Assembly (NCBI GenBank): GCA_963835575.1
Contig: CAWIGG010000002.1
Coordinates: 576,001-640,000 of the forward strand
Direction: 5' to 3'
Length of the DNA: 64,000 nucleotides
From: an uncultured Spirochaetota bacterium
Lineage (GTDB): Bacteria > Spirochaetota > Brevinematia > Brevinematales > JAOACQ01
Position 1 is the stretch's first letter, and each line of letters starts with the position of its first letter. The notes under the pieces were generated by a model. It had not been told where the DNA came from. It worked only from the letters and a program-made list of their open reading frames with translations, and did no database searches. The translations under genes and the position numbers were made by a program. Shown one piece after another: positions 35,147 through 45,345 of this stretch.

Positions 35147-35497
35147 CTAATAAAAGGACTTTATATGCTTAAAACTGGGTTCCTTACTTTTCATCTCTAC
35201 AAAAAATGCGTCTATACGCATCTCTTCAAATTTGATCTCTGAATTGTTAATATAAATTTCGGCACTTTTTAAAATCCTTTTAACTTTTCTTTGATTAATT
35301 GTTGCCTCAATATCCATTAATTGAGGGCCTTTTCTGCACTTTACTTCAACAAAAACCAGTGTTTCTCCATCTTTGAATATATGATCGATTTCTCCATATC
35401 TTGTTTTATAATTGGAAGTGATATATTGATAACCCTGGGAAATGAGGTGTTGTTTGGCGAGGGCTTCGCCGTTTCTTCCGAGAATATGATCAGTCAT
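35147..35497 (-). CDS. yraN: YraN (UPF0102) family nuclease-like protein
   Basis: GRNGE, NYKTRYGEID, LVFVEVKCR, RID. Confidence 0.9.
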   Translation of the reverse strand: MTDHILGRNGEALAKQHLISQGYQYITSNYKTRYGEIDHIFKDGETLVFVEVKCRKGPQLMDIEATINQRKVKRILKSAEIYINNSEIKFEEMRIDAFFVEMKSKEPSFKHIKSFY

Positions 35498-35499
35498 TT

Positions 35500-36651
35500 T
35501 TAATTCTTTTTAAATTGTTTTGCCTGGAGAGCTCTAACAATATGAATATCTTTTTCCTTGGAGAGCCTGATTGTCTGGCCTTCGGTTACTTCGTCGCCGA
35601 ATTCATCCCGCATTATTTTTACAGTCGGCCTTAAAGGTGATACAGGATCTGAGGAAATGACAGTCGCGATTGATTTATTGCTGAGCTGTACAAAACAGCC
35701 GACCGGATAAATGGACATCATATTGATAAATACTTTAAGAATCTCGGGGTCAAATTTCTTGGCCCCTTCTCCGAGGACCATTTTCATGGCGTCATAGAAA
35801 TCTTTTCCCTCCCGGTAAACCCGGTCCTTGGTCAAAGCCTCGTAAGTATCAACAATGGAAATAATTTTGCTCATTTCGGAAATTTCCGTGCCCCTGATTT
35901 TACGGGGGTAGCCGGAACCGTCATATTTTTCATGATGTTCCAATCCGACCCTGGCTATTTCAATCGGCAGATTGAGTTCTTTCGCTATGATCTGGTAGCT
36001 GTAGATGGGATGGGTTTTAACCTGGTTGAATTCATCCTGATTGAGCTTTTCTTCCTTTTCTAATATAAAAGCGGGGATTTTTACCATTCCGACATCATAA
36101 ACAAGAGATGCCAGAGCTAAATTTACTAATTTTACCAGTGAATAACCCAGTTTCTGTCCCAATAAAACAGATAATATCGTTGTATTTATGATATGATTGG
36201 CCAGGTAGTCGCCTTTTCCGGCGATATTGACCAGGTTGATAAACAGCTCCATTTTTTTCTCGGCCATAATGGTATTCACGATTTTTGTGGCCAATTTCTG
36301 GAATTTTTCCGTGTCAAGGGACTGTTCGCTTCTGTATTTATTGTACATCGCATCGACGATGGTGATGCATTCTTTATAAAAATCAAGGTATTTAGCCGTG
36401 TCTTTATCGATTATGATGCTCTTTTTTTCTGAAGGGACCGGAGCTTCCCCGATTTTATTCAGATCTATTGCTGCGACAAGATCGCCCGCGGTTTCGACAT
36501 ATTTAACGTTCCTGGTTTTTAAATTGGATATCGTATAGGTGTCCAGAACTTTTCCGGCCGGCAGTACGATATTAAGATTATTGTCGAATAAAGACTTGTT
36601 AAATTTCATTCCGGACCGGAGTTCATCAATATCTATTTTCCGCATCGGCAT
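35500..36651 (-). CDS. HD-GYP domain protein (HD site reads YD)
   Basis: YDVGM, KTHP, HHEKYDGSGYP, KFDP. Confidence 0.9.
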   Translation of the reverse strand: MPMRKIDIDELRSGMKFNKSLFDNNLNIVLPAGKVLDTYTISNLKTRNVKYVETAGDLVAAIDLNKIGEAPVPSEKKSIIIDKDTAKYLDFYKECITIVDAMYNKYRSEQSLDTEKFQKLATKIVNTIMAEKKMELFINLVNIAGKGDYLANHIINTTILSVLLGQKLGYSLVKLVNLALASLVYDVGMVKIPAFILEKEEKLNQDEFNQVKTHPIYSYQIIAKELNLPIEIARVGLEHHEKYDGSGYPRKIRGTEISEMSKIISIVDTYEALTKDRVYREGKDFYDAMKMVLGEGAKKFDPEILKVFINMMSIYPVGCFVQLSNKSIATVISSDPVSPLRPTVKIMRDEFGDEVTEGQTIRLSKEKDIHIVRALQAKQFKKN

Positions 36652-36683
36652 ACGGAATACCCCCGCGTACTTTTACACAAATT

Positions 36684-36938
36684 TCAACCCCTTAAAGAAT
36701 ACACGAAACTGAAAATTTCAGCAACTATTGTGTACAATTCTGTCGGTATTTCTTCATTCTCTTTCAGGCGGTAAAGCGATTCCGCCAGTTTATCGTTTTT
36801 GTAAATAGGGATCTTGTTCTTTTTTGCCAGTGATACGATATAATCTCCGACCGCTCCGACTCCTTTTGCCAGAATATAGGGAGCGTCATTGACAGCTTCT
36901 TCGTATTTTAAAGCGACGGATTTAGTCTGCATATTCAT
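36684..36938 (-). CDS. FlhB C-terminal-like (EscU/YscU/HrcU family) protein
   Basis: VALKY, APYILAKG, EIPTELYTIVAEI. Confidence 0.9.
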   Translation of the reverse strand: MNMQTKSVALKYEEAVNDAPYILAKGVGAVGDYIVSLAKKNKIPIYKNDKLAESLYRLKENEEIPTELYTIVAEIFSFVYSLRG

Positions 36939-36952
36939 TCCTCCTCATTTTT

Positions 36953-37984
36953 CTAAGCAGATATATCAAGATTAAACAAATCTCTATTTTCAGTATTTTC
37001 AGGCCGGTCTTTATCCTTTATCCAGAATAAATTAGGATTTTTAAATTCATGAAATGCAACAATGATTTTTTTATTATTCAGCTTCCGGCTGAGCGCAGGA
37101 CTGATATTCCCGGCGTAATCCTTTATTTCCCCGGAAAACCGCTCTAAATATGAGGTTTCTAAATAAACATTGACATCATATCCGTTTTCAAATTTATCCA
37201 GTATGATGATAAAACCTCCGGTTTTTTCACTGGAACAGTCAAAATAGAATCTTTCTTTATCTGCTTTTTTTTCTTTTCTCTGCAGAACAGGTATGTCTTC
37301 CTTATTATTTTGCAGATAAGAAATGCCGAATGCGCTTTCTTTACCGAAATAAGCCTGGAAAAGCCCTTCCAGGATATGGATGTGGTCAACCTGGTTCTCA
37401 TCAGGAGATATTTTTTCGTCTTTAGACAGGCTTTTTGATCTTAGATTTTGTATATAGAGTTTCAGTATTTTTTTCAGATGAGAAAAAAAATCAATAAATT
37501 CCATGTCCAGGCTCAACCCGTTCCTAAAAAAATTAATAAATAGATCTGCATAAGACTGGCTGTATTTTATTGAAGCCAGATGGAGAAATTTTAATAAATC
37601 TTTATTCAGCTTTAAGCCGGATTGATGCATTTTTAGAGCGGTCTGAAAAAAGCTGTCCTTTAAAGGGAGATTGTTTTCTATCAGTATATTTTTAATATTT
37701 TCCAGAAGGGACGCTTCTTTTTTTCCCTGGAGGTATTCGGCATTAATGAGAGAGCCGATGACCCTGAGTTTGAAAATTTGACGTCCGTTATCATCAATGC
37801 CGGATTCAACAAGAGCAAAGAAATTATCGGGAATATCGGAATTGACAGCGGCCTGCGCTTTTTGCCCGTTGATTTCGATTGTCGCCTTGTTTTCTTCGAT
37901 TTTAATGACTTTCACATTGACAATTTTATCCGGCTGCAGATTTTTTTTCAGCAGGGATTCCTGATTGATCAATTGAATATTCAA
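36953..37984 (-). CDS. Hypothetical protein (occupies the usual FliK-like position before the FlhB-like gene)
   Basis: 343-aa ORF ending LDISA; assignment from position only. Confidence 0.55.
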   Translation of the reverse strand: MNIQLINQESLLKKNLQPDKIVNVKVIKIEENKATIEINGQKAQAAVNSDIPDNFFALVESGIDDNGRQIFKLRVIGSLINAEYLQGKKEASLLENIKNILIENNLPLKDSFFQTALKMHQSGLKLNKDLLKFLHLASIKYSQSYADLFINFFRNGLSLDMEFIDFFSHLKKILKLYIQNLRSKSLSKDEKISPDENQVDHIHILEGLFQAYFGKESAFGISYLQNNKEDIPVLQRKEKKADKERFYFDCSSEKTGGFIIILDKFENGYDVNVYLETSYLERFSGEIKDYAGNISPALSRKLNNKKIIVAFHEFKNPNLFWIKDKDRPENTENRDLFNLDISA

Positions 37985-38132
37985 AATGCCCCCGTCATCA
38001 GCTGTACAGATGCTTTTTCTTATAGTGAAGTTATCGGAATTATTTTATTTTGTAAAAGAAAATAGATAATGTATTCATGGGTGACACTAAGCCCCTTACC
38101 ATGTGATAATCTAAGTGTTCGGCCTATGTTTA

Positions 38133-38255
38133 GCCACAGAATTTCACAGAATATCACTGAATTTTAAAATACTTTATTAGTTTAAAAGATAAATGTGAAT
38201 TTTGAAGGTAATTATTTATATGTTATTTCTGTGTACTTCTGTGAAATTCCGCGGC
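38133..38255. repeat. 10-nt-periodic inverted-repeat element
   Basis: gccacagaatttcacagaatatcactgaa ... ttctgtgtacttctgtgaaattccgcggc. Confidence 0.75.
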
Positions 38256-38368
38256 AGTTATATCATCCACTTAAAAAGAAAAAGAACATTAATTATATAT
38301 ATTTTTGCTTTTTTGCATCTTTTATCCTATTTTTATACTTATAAAGGTGAAAAGCCTGAGGAGTATGA

Positions 38369-38893
38369 ATGGACGAGCAGAGGATCAGGGAATTCGAGGT
38401 TTTTTTTAAAGAAAATGAGAATACGGTTTACCGTATCATAAAAGGTTACACAAAATCCCATGATGCTGCAAAAGATATTGTGCTGGAGTCGATGATGGTT
38501 GTTTATGATAATTGGAATAGAATTAAAAACTATGAAAATAAAACCGGATATATAGTCAAAATAGCAATTAATAAAGTTAAAAAGAGGTTTTTGACGGAAA
38601 AAGTCAAGAACTGGCTGACATTCCAGAGCGATGAAGAATCCCTCAGGAATGTTTATATAAAAGATGACCCTGAGGAAAAGGTTTTACATATGGAAGAGGA
38701 GGAATGGCTGGAACGGGAGCTGCAGAAATTAAAAGAGGCGGAGAAAAATATCATTATTTTTAAAGACCGCGACAAAATGAAATTTGATGAAATCGCAGCA
38801 CTCTTGAATATTAAACTTCCGACGGTAAAATCTCTTTATAGAAGAGGGAAGTTGAAACTGGCCAGAGAGTGGGAGGCAAGTTATGCGGAGTAA
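38369..38893 (+). CDS. ECF RNA polymerase sigma factor
   Basis: Region 2 (AKDIV...IAINK) and region 4 (FDEIAALLNIKLPTVKSLYRRG). Confidence 0.88.
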   Translation: MDEQRIREFEVFFKENENTVYRIIKGYTKSHDAAKDIVLESMMVVYDNWNRIKNYENKTGYIVKIAINKVKKRFLTEKVKNWLTFQSDEESLRNVYIKDDPEEKVLHMEEEEWLERELQKLKEAEKNIIIFKDRDKMKFDEIAALLNIKLPTVKSLYRRGKLKLAREWEASYAE

Positions 38894-39320
38894 AGTATGC
38901 GGGTTTATAATGGAGAAGATTGATAATAATCCCTTCTGGGAAAAAGACTCTGATATAAAAGAGCATTTGAAAAAATGCCCGGAATGTAAACATTATGCGG
39001 CCGTTACTTCTCACTTGAACCGTATTGAAGAGAATGGGGAAAAAGTGGAATTATGGAATGAGTTTTTAGATAAGCTGGAAACAAGAGGTCAAAGGACCTT
39101 CTGGCTCAGACCGGTAATGGCCGCTGTTTCTTTAATCTTTATTGTCTCTTTGTTTTTTACCTTCTATAGCTTTAATACGCCGCAGACTGTTAATCAGACG
39201 AATACGGTGGTCAGTAATTCTGTAAAAAGCGGCAGCGGTTCCAGCGCGGCGGCTAATGCTGAATATAATTATGATACAAGCGATCTCGATTATTATTATG
39301 AAATATCTATGGAAATATAA
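38883..39320 (+). CDS. Zinc-finger anti-sigma factor
   Basis: HLKKCPEC (HxxxCxxC) and one TM; overlaps the sigma gene. Confidence 0.8.
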   Translation: MRSKVCGFIMEKIDNNPFWEKDSDIKEHLKKCPECKHYAAVTSHLNRIEENGEKVELWNEFLDKLETRGQRTFWLRPVMAAVSLIFIVSLFFTFYSFNTPQTVNQTNTVVSNSVKSGSGSSAAANAEYNYDTSDLDYYYEISMEI

Positions 39321-39429
39321 AGTAATTCGGAAATCAATTGATGAATAAAGTTAAGCCGGCCTGCTCGATTTTTCCGGAGACTGAAAGTTAGATGTAAAAA
39401 AGCAGACATCTGATCCAGAGGAGGAAATA

Positions 39430-40044
39430 ATGAAAAGTAAAGTGATGGCGGTAAGTTTGGGATTGGCGCTGTTAATAGCCTTGAGCGGTTATTCACAGAG
39501 CAAAAAAGACACTGATCAATCCGGCAGGGATGAATTCCGAGGTCCGGGAATGATGAATGACTGGGATAACGGAGGCAGGATGCGCGGCCCTGGTTTTAAT
39601 CAGGATAGATATAGCCCGATGTGGGGCGGCGAAGGGATGATGGTGATGTTCTTTGTGCCGGAAGCCAGGACAATCATTGAAAGTTATGGAATAAAAATAC
39701 AGAAAGTGTTCCTTGACGCCAGAGAAGCAAAGCTTAAATTTATGGATAAAAGAAGGGATCTCAAACAGAAGCTGGACGCGCTGGTTGTTAAATACGCGGA
39801 TGATAAAACTGTTTCAAAAGATATTGTGTCAGCATTAAGAGATATGCAGGTTCTGCAGTACCAAGTCCAGGCAATTAATAAGGAAGCCATGAAGAAAATT
39901 CAGGACCTTAATGATGCCAGGGAAAAAGAATTAAAGACAGCTCTTGATAATTGGGTGAACAAGCTGGATAAAGACAGTAAGGAACTCGATAAATTTGTTG
40001 ACTCTTATAAGGACCATCCCCGGTATCGGCCCGATAAAAAATAG
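39430..40044 (+). CDS. Exported helical protein (Spy/CpxP-like)
   Basis: Signal peptide, Gly/Met/Arg-rich linker, coiled-coil region; downstream of the ECF pair. Confidence 0.55.
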   Translation: MKSKVMAVSLGLALLIALSGYSQSKKDTDQSGRDEFRGPGMMNDWDNGGRMRGPGFNQDRYSPMWGGEGMMVMFFVPEARTIIESYGIKIQKVFLDAREAKLKFMDKRRDLKQKLDALVVKYADDKTVSKDIVSALRDMQVLQYQVQAINKEAMKKIQDLNDAREKELKTALDNWVNKLDKDSKELDKFVDSYKDHPRYRPDKK

Positions 40045-40056
40045 ATCGCATTTAAC

Positions 40057-40090
40057 AAAAAAGGGACGCTTTTTAAAGCGTCCCTTTTTT
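40057..40090. terminator. Bidirectional intrinsic terminator
   Basis: aaaaaagggacgcttt-tt-aaagcgtccctttttt. Confidence 0.88.
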
Positions 40091-40146
40091 TATAAAATCA
40101 TATAGTGTTTTTTAGAGAACGGCTGCGGCCTTTCCAGGCAGAAACA

Positions 40147-41193
40147 TTATTTCAAATTATTATTTGTTGCCGGAGATGTTTTCTTATCCTGAACACTTTG
40201 ATTTGTTGTCGCAGAAGGCGTGATTTTTTTATCTTTGTTTTCTTTATCCAGATCAATACCCATATCCAGCAGGGCTTTTTTTGCTTCCTTTTGAACCCCG
40301 AAGTCGGGATCGTAAACGGCTTTATATCTCAATAATTCAACTGCCGAGCTGTTATCTTTGAGGTGTCCCAGCGACTTGATGGCTTCAAGGCGTATCCGCA
40401 CGTTTTCTGATTTGGCGAAGTTTATCAATTTTTCAGAAACGCCTTTTTCTTTTACATAAGATATTCCGGCAATAGACCAGAGACGGATATTAAGATCCTC
40501 ATTTTCATTTTCAATATAAGGGGAAAGAATGCTGACGGCCTGGGAATTCCCTGTCTTGCCGATGGCGTAGGCGCAGTACATCCGCAGGTCCTTGCTTTCG
40601 CCGGTATTTTGAAGGATATTGGATAAAACAGAGATGTCTTTTGCATCGCCAATATCTCCCAGGGCGATTGCCGCTGAACTGCGGATATCATTCTGGTAAT
40701 CAATATTGGTCAGAATACCGAGCATTTTACTACCCAGTTCCCTGTATTGAATTTCGCCGATCGCGCGGATAATGCCGGAGCAAAGAAGCGTTTCTTTCGG
40801 GTTATCGATTTTATTGGTCAAAAGGTTATAAAGCCTTGGGCCGGCGCTTTTTATCTTAAGCTCGCTGACGGCAAAAACGATCTTTCTGAGAACATCCGAA
40901 TTGCTTTCGGAACTGAGCGCAGAAAGCCATATTTTTTCATCATCTATTTTAAGATTTATAAGGGAATAAGCGGCGCTTCCCCTCACATCGGGGCTGATAT
41001 CGCTCACAAGCGCTTCCTGTATGATATTGTAAGCTTCTTTTGTCTTGCTGTCTTCGATCGCCTTTATGACGCCTGACCTCTGGGAAGCGATCCCGAATTT
41101 CATTGTTTTCTGCCAGTGCTCCATCAGTTTCGGATCCAATGAAAAAGCGAAGCCCGTTAAGAACAGCAGATAAATAAAAATCATTTTTTTCAT
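40147..41193 (-). CDS. Exported HEAT-repeat protein
   Basis: Signal peptide; VRGSAAYSL, IRSSAAIALG, IRLEAIKSLG repeats. Confidence 0.85.
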   Translation of the reverse strand: MKKMIFIYLLFLTGFAFSLDPKLMEHWQKTMKFGIASQRSGVIKAIEDSKTKEAYNIIQEALVSDISPDVRGSAAYSLINLKIDDEKIWLSALSSESNSDVLRKIVFAVSELKIKSAGPRLYNLLTNKIDNPKETLLCSGIIRAIGEIQYRELGSKMLGILTNIDYQNDIRSSAAIALGDIGDAKDISVLSNILQNTGESKDLRMYCAYAIGKTGNSQAVSILSPYIENENEDLNIRLWSIAGISYVKEKGVSEKLINFAKSENVRIRLEAIKSLGHLKDNSSAVELLRYKAVYDPDFGVQKEAKKALLDMGIDLDKENKDKKITPSATTNQSVQDKKTSPATNNNLK

Positions 41194-41332
41194 TATAATT
41201 CTCCAAATAAGACTATTCATATATTAAATCGGAATAATAAGGGAAAATATATATACTATAAATAAAAATTAATGACTCTGTAAAAATATATTTAAAGCAT
41301 TGGAATTTTTAATTAATCATGAAACCCCTGAT

Positions 41333-41521
41333 CTACAGGCTATGTGAAAAGTTAAAATTTCACCACGAAGTTCACGAAGAGCACAAAGAAAATTAATGAT
41401 TTAGTCAAAATTTGTATTGATTTTTCGTTTTTAACTGTTTTAATGAAGATAAACAATAATAAAACTTCGTGTTCTTCGTGAACTTCGTGGTGAATAAAAT
41501 AGTTTTCACATAGTCTGCTAG
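41333..41521. repeat. MITE-like element with nested inverted repeats
   Basis: Outer IR caggctatgtgaaaa / ttttcacatagtctg; inner IR tcaccacgaagttcacgaagagcacaaag / cttcgtgttcttcgtgaacttcgtggtga. Confidence 0.75.
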
Positions 41522-41544
41522 TCGAGGGCTTCATGTGAAAATAT

Positions 41545-42309
41545 TTATTCTGATATCAGGCTTTTCCATGGGAGAGATTCCAGATAGCGCAGTTTTTCCC
41601 GCATTTTCGGATCGTTCACTTCATTGGCAAGCGGCGTGATGGAGACATAGCCGTCGTGGACGCTGTTCAGGTCGGAACCGTCGTTATGCCCGAAACCGGG
41701 CGGATCGCCGGTAATGGTCACATAAACTTTATCTTCTTTTTCTTCAACGATGATGTAATCTTTATAAACACGGTTGCCCAGATGGGTGATCTTAATGCCT
41801 TTTGCTTTTGGAAGATTGGGAAAATTGATATTGAGCATAATGTTTTCTTTAAGAATTCTCTTATCAAGATGGTCCAGCAGTTCGGAAATAAATTGGACCG
41901 GGTAGGTGAAATCCTTCACTTCCGTCCAGGCGTCAAGGGATGCCGCGATGGAAAATATATTGTTGAGGGCGCCTTCTCTCGCGCCGGCCACAGTTCCTGA
42001 ATAGAGGATATCATCGCCCATATTGGGGGCGTCATTGATGCCGGAAATGATAATATCGATTTTTATGTCTTTAAAAAAATGAGCGAGCGCGACTTTCACG
42101 CAATCGGCCGGCGTTCCGTTTACAGCATAGCTCTGAACGTCAAGCTTGATTGTTTCCATGGGCTTGAAAAGCGTTATGGCATGGCTTGATGCGCTCATCT
42201 CTTTCATGGGAGCGCAGAGAAAAACATTGTGTTTTATCAGGAGCTTTTCTTTAAGAAGAAGAATGCCTTGCGCTTGATAGCCGTCGTCATTAGTTAATAG
42301 AATATTCAT
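41545..42309 (-). CDS. surE: 5'/3'-nucleotidase SurE
   Basis: ILLTNDDG, GTPADCV, SGIN, YSGTVAGAREG, VSITPL. Confidence 0.96.
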   Translation of the reverse strand: MNILLTNDDGYQAQGILLLKEKLLIKHNVFLCAPMKEMSASSHAITLFKPMETIKLDVQSYAVNGTPADCVKVALAHFFKDIKIDIIISGINDAPNMGDDILYSGTVAGAREGALNNIFSIAASLDAWTEVKDFTYPVQFISELLDHLDKRILKENIMLNINFPNLPKAKGIKITHLGNRVYKDYIIVEEKEDKVYVTITGDPPGFGHNDGSDLNSVHDGYVSITPLANEVNDPKMREKLRYLESLPWKSLISE

Positions 42310-42339
42310 TAACTTTATTCTCCTTTCTTAAAATATGCT

Positions 42340-43020
42340 CTATTGTATATTCTGCCTGATGCTCACAAAGGAATCGGTAAACGGAATTTCCAGACGGATC
42401 AAAGTCTGTTTATCTTCTATATTGCCGATCCTGAATAGGCCCGGGTCTATGCCCAGCCCTTTCATAAGCATGATCACCAGGGCTATCCCCATTCCGGCCC
42501 CTTCCAGTTCATCACCCTGTTCAAGATAAAACTGCGCGATATCTTTATACTGCATGGCTTTTTTTAATTTTTCCCTCAGGCGCCTTTCCTCAATTTGAGT
42601 GATATGAGCGTTGTTAATCACTTCGATTTTGACGCCTTTATCATCATATTCAAAAACAACCTTGATCCAGTAATCATGATTTTTAAGGTTACTGAAATAC
42701 TTTATGTAAGAAGATTCCACCAGAAGGTTTTTAAATTTCAGCATTCCCGACAGGTATTGATTCTCATCGTCGATATTGAGATTGTTGAGTTCAAAAATAA
42801 CCCTCTTCAAATTGGCTTTTGCGGCATTGACAATCAGTTCCATCAGGCATGTGAGCAGTACACCGGCCAGTTCGGGTTTATTAAATTTTTCAAAAATAAT
42901 CTGAAGGGCTGTTTCCACTTCCTTTTCCACATCATCATCGGCTATGAAAAATTTCATGATATATGATTTGTTTCTGTCAATCTGTTCTTTTATAAAGCTG
43001 TAATTATTATTTTCCATCAT
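42340..43020 (-). CDS. Hypothetical HATPase-like (anti-sigma kinase-like) protein
   Basis: ELIVNAAKAN (N box) and EGAGMGI (G box); GGAGG RBS. Confidence 0.65.
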   Translation of the reverse strand: MMENNNYSFIKEQIDRNKSYIMKFFIADDDVEKEVETALQIIFEKFNKPELAGVLLTCLMELIVNAAKANLKRVIFELNNLNIDDENQYLSGMLKFKNLLVESSYIKYFSNLKNHDYWIKVVFEYDDKGVKIEVINNAHITQIEERRLREKLKKAMQYKDIAQFYLEQGDELEGAGMGIALVIMLMKGLGIDPGLFRIGNIEDKQTLIRLEIPFTDSFVSIRQNIQ

Positions 43021-43579
43021 TTTCCTCCTGGAAAGGGAATTCGGCGATCTTTGAATAAACCGGCCCGTTTTTTGTGAGCTCGCTTTTATAAAGGGCATAA
43101 TTTTCCGGAGAAAATCTGCCGAATTCTTCAGCGTTTGATCTTTTAAAAAACTGCGTCCAATCATTCTGTATTCGTCCTTTTATTCTTGCTATTGTGATAT
43201 GAGGATGAAATTCTCTTTCTTCAATGGGAAATCCGTATTGAGAGGCGGTTAATTCGATATTCTCATATAGTTCCTTCAGCCCGGTATTTTCCTCCACGCC
43301 GACCCAGGCGACTTTAGGGAAAATGATATTGGGAAAAGCGCCTGATGTTTTGATTGATAGAGAAGGTTTAACTGTTTTGATTTTTTTTAAATCGTTTATG
43401 ATTGAATCTACCGCCGCCTGATCAGTCTCGCCTAGAAATTTCAGCGTAATATGAAGATTCTCATCCTCGACATATTTAATATAATCACGCTGGATCTTTC
43501 TGCATCCGGAGATAAATCCGCTGATTTTATCCTTAATCTCAACAGGGATATCGATTGCGAAAAAAGCACGCATACCCAT
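43007..43579 (-). CDS. thpR: RNA 2',3'-cyclic phosphodiesterase
   Basis: RAFFAI, LHITLKFLG, PHITIAR, SELTKNGPVY. Confidence 0.92.
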   Translation of the reverse strand: MGMRAFFAIDIPVEIKDKISGFISGCRKIQRDYIKYVEDENLHITLKFLGETDQAAVDSIINDLKKIKTVKPSLSIKTSGAFPNIIFPKVAWVGVEENTGLKELYENIELTASQYGFPIEEREFHPHITIARIKGRIQNDWTQFFKRSNAEEFGRFSPENYALYKSELTKNGPVYSKIAEFPFQEENDGK

Positions 43580-43583
43580 GTTC

Positions 43584-44297
43584 CTACTTTTTTTTCAGGA
43601 GAATTTCTTTCAGCCTGCTGCCGTCAGCCTTCAGTATTTCAAAATAAAAACTTCCGTAATATATTGTTTCTCCGGCTTTGGGGATATAGCCGAATTTCTC
43701 GAGGATAAAACCGCCTATGGTCTCATAGGTTTTTGAATTGATTTTTGTTTTAAAAAGATCGTTGAACTCTTCCAGGCTCATCTGCGGAAACAGGATAAAT
43801 TCGTTCTTTTTGATCATTTTAAAGTTCTGTTTTTTTTCTTTATCATACTCATCGCTGATATCGCCTACAATTTCTTCCAGAATATCTTCCATGCTGATAA
43901 TCCCGACCATTGTCCCGTATTCGTCGACAACAATAGCGATATGGACCCGTTCTTCCCTGAAAAGCGAGAGAAGCTCGCTGGCTTTTTTATTCTCAGAAAC
44001 AAAGAGCGGTTTTCTGAGGATCTTTGTGATATCGAAATTTACTTCTATGCTTTTAAAGAACTGGAGAAGGTCTTTGACATACAGGATGCCAATGATATTA
44101 TCTATTTTCTGAAAAAAAACAGGAAAGCGTGAATGCCCGTCCGCGATCACGGTTTCAATAATCTCTGTAAAAGAATTGTTCTTATTTATAAGGACCACAT
44201 TGCTTCGGGGTATCATGATATCGGATACCTCAATTTTTGATAGTTCATCTAAGATCACCTTTCTGCTCATTATCTTTTCCTTAGATGAAACATCCAT
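43584..44297 (-). CDS. CBS-pair/CorC (TlyC-like) protein
   Basis: HSRFPV, VVDEYG, EDILEEIVGDISDEYD, TIGGF. Confidence 0.9.
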   Translation of the reverse strand: MDVSSKEKIMSRKVILDELSKIEVSDIMIPRSNVVLINKNNSFTEIIETVIADGHSRFPVFFQKIDNIIGILYVKDLLQFFKSIEVNFDITKILRKPLFVSENKKASELLSLFREERVHIAIVVDEYGTMVGIISMEDILEEIVGDISDEYDKEKKQNFKMIKKNEFILFPQMSLEEFNDLFKTKINSKTYETIGGFILEKFGYIPKAGETIYYGSFYFEILKADGSRLKEILLKKK

Positions 44298-44352
44298 CCA
44301 AACCTCCCGAGTCTTTATTGAAAAGTTAATAACAGTAAATTAAAAAGTCAAA

Positions 44353-44526
44353 AAGGCAGTTCCATAAACTTTGGGTTTTGGAACTACTGCTAGAGTGCTG
44401 AGTTTTGCAGCCGCTGCGTATGCTGCGCATACTTTACGCGGCAGCGTCTTTTTCATTCACTTTAAGCTTTATATTATCGGGCAGTTCCAAAACTTGTTTA
44501 TCGAACCACGAGTTTTGGAACTGCCC
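44353..44526. repeat. Composite palindromic (MITE/REP-like) element
   Basis: Two GGCAGTTCCA(T/A)AAC...GTTTTGGAACT hairpins flanking a GC-rich hairpin. Confidence 0.65.
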
Positions 44527-45345
44527 TTAAATCGCTTTGTCCGGCGTCATTTCAAAATTGCCTTTTCCCTGCAGTGAGAGAATATAGCTGAAAAACCCCT
44601 GTTTAAGCGTCAGATTGAAATTGATCTGTATATTTCCTTTTTTACTTATCAGCTGTTGAAGCATCATATTAAAATTGTCTTCAAAATCTACCGTGATATT
44701 ACCGACCGGCTGGGGTTCAACTGTATTGCTGAAATCCTCTTTTGTATAAGAGAGGAACTGGATCTGATTATTAATTATAAGGCTGTCATTCTGGACGTCC
44801 TTGATCCCCCAATTATGCTTGTAAACGATAACGATTTCCTGTTTATCATATCTGGCGGGAAAGTTTGTCATTTCGCTTTTCCCTTTCCAGATTCCTTCTT
44901 CATCCGAAAAGTCGGGGAAAATCAGGCTGGCGTAAGCATTCAACCCGAGAACAGGATTATTGTTCACAACGACAGTGGGTCTGCCTTTTGTCGTCAGGTA
45001 AAAGCTGCCGAGCCAGTTCCTGATATAGATCAGCCCGAATTCGAAAAAGGCCGTTGTCGCGGTATCGGCGCCTTCAAGTTCATGGTTTTTAATATCGAAT
45101 TGAATTTTATATCCGGCCGCGTTCGTTTCAACCGCTTTTATTTCAATATCCGCGGTGAAAACGACCTGTCCGGAATATATGAGCGGCCCGGCCTTCATAT
45201 CCAGCTGGCAGTCGGCCTTTAATTTATAAGGATAGACTTTACCCAGTTCAAAACGGTAGGCCGGTTTCATTTCCTTTTTGACCGCTCCGCATGAGACGAG
45301 GAGCAGTATTACGCTAATTCCTGTAGCGAGCCATTTGATTTTCAT
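44527..45345 (-). CDS. Hypothetical lipoprotein
   Basis: Lipobox LLVSC; overlaps the end of proS. Confidence 0.7.
   Translation of the reverse strand: MKIKWLATGISVILLLVSCGAVKKEMKPAYRFELGKVYPYKLKADCQLDMKAGPLIYSGQVVFTADIEIKAVETNAAGYKIQFDIKNHELEGADTATTAFFEFGLIYIRNWLGSFYLTTKGRPTVVVNNNPVLGLNAYASLIFPDFSDEEGIWKGKSEMTNFPARYDKQEIVIVYKHNWGIKDVQNDSLIINNQIQFLSYTKEDFSNTVEPQPVGNITVDFEDNFNMMLQQLISKKGNIQINFNLTLKQGFFSYILSLQGKGNFEMTPDKAI

Noticed and set aside
38025..38060. sigma28 promoter (CCGATAA) before the FlhB-like block
   Set aside because: No properly spaced TAAA -35 element
41352..41534. 60-aa ORF containing HHEVHEEHE
   Set aside because: Translation artefact of the 9-nt repeat element; the same applies to 4412-4624 and 23921-24112
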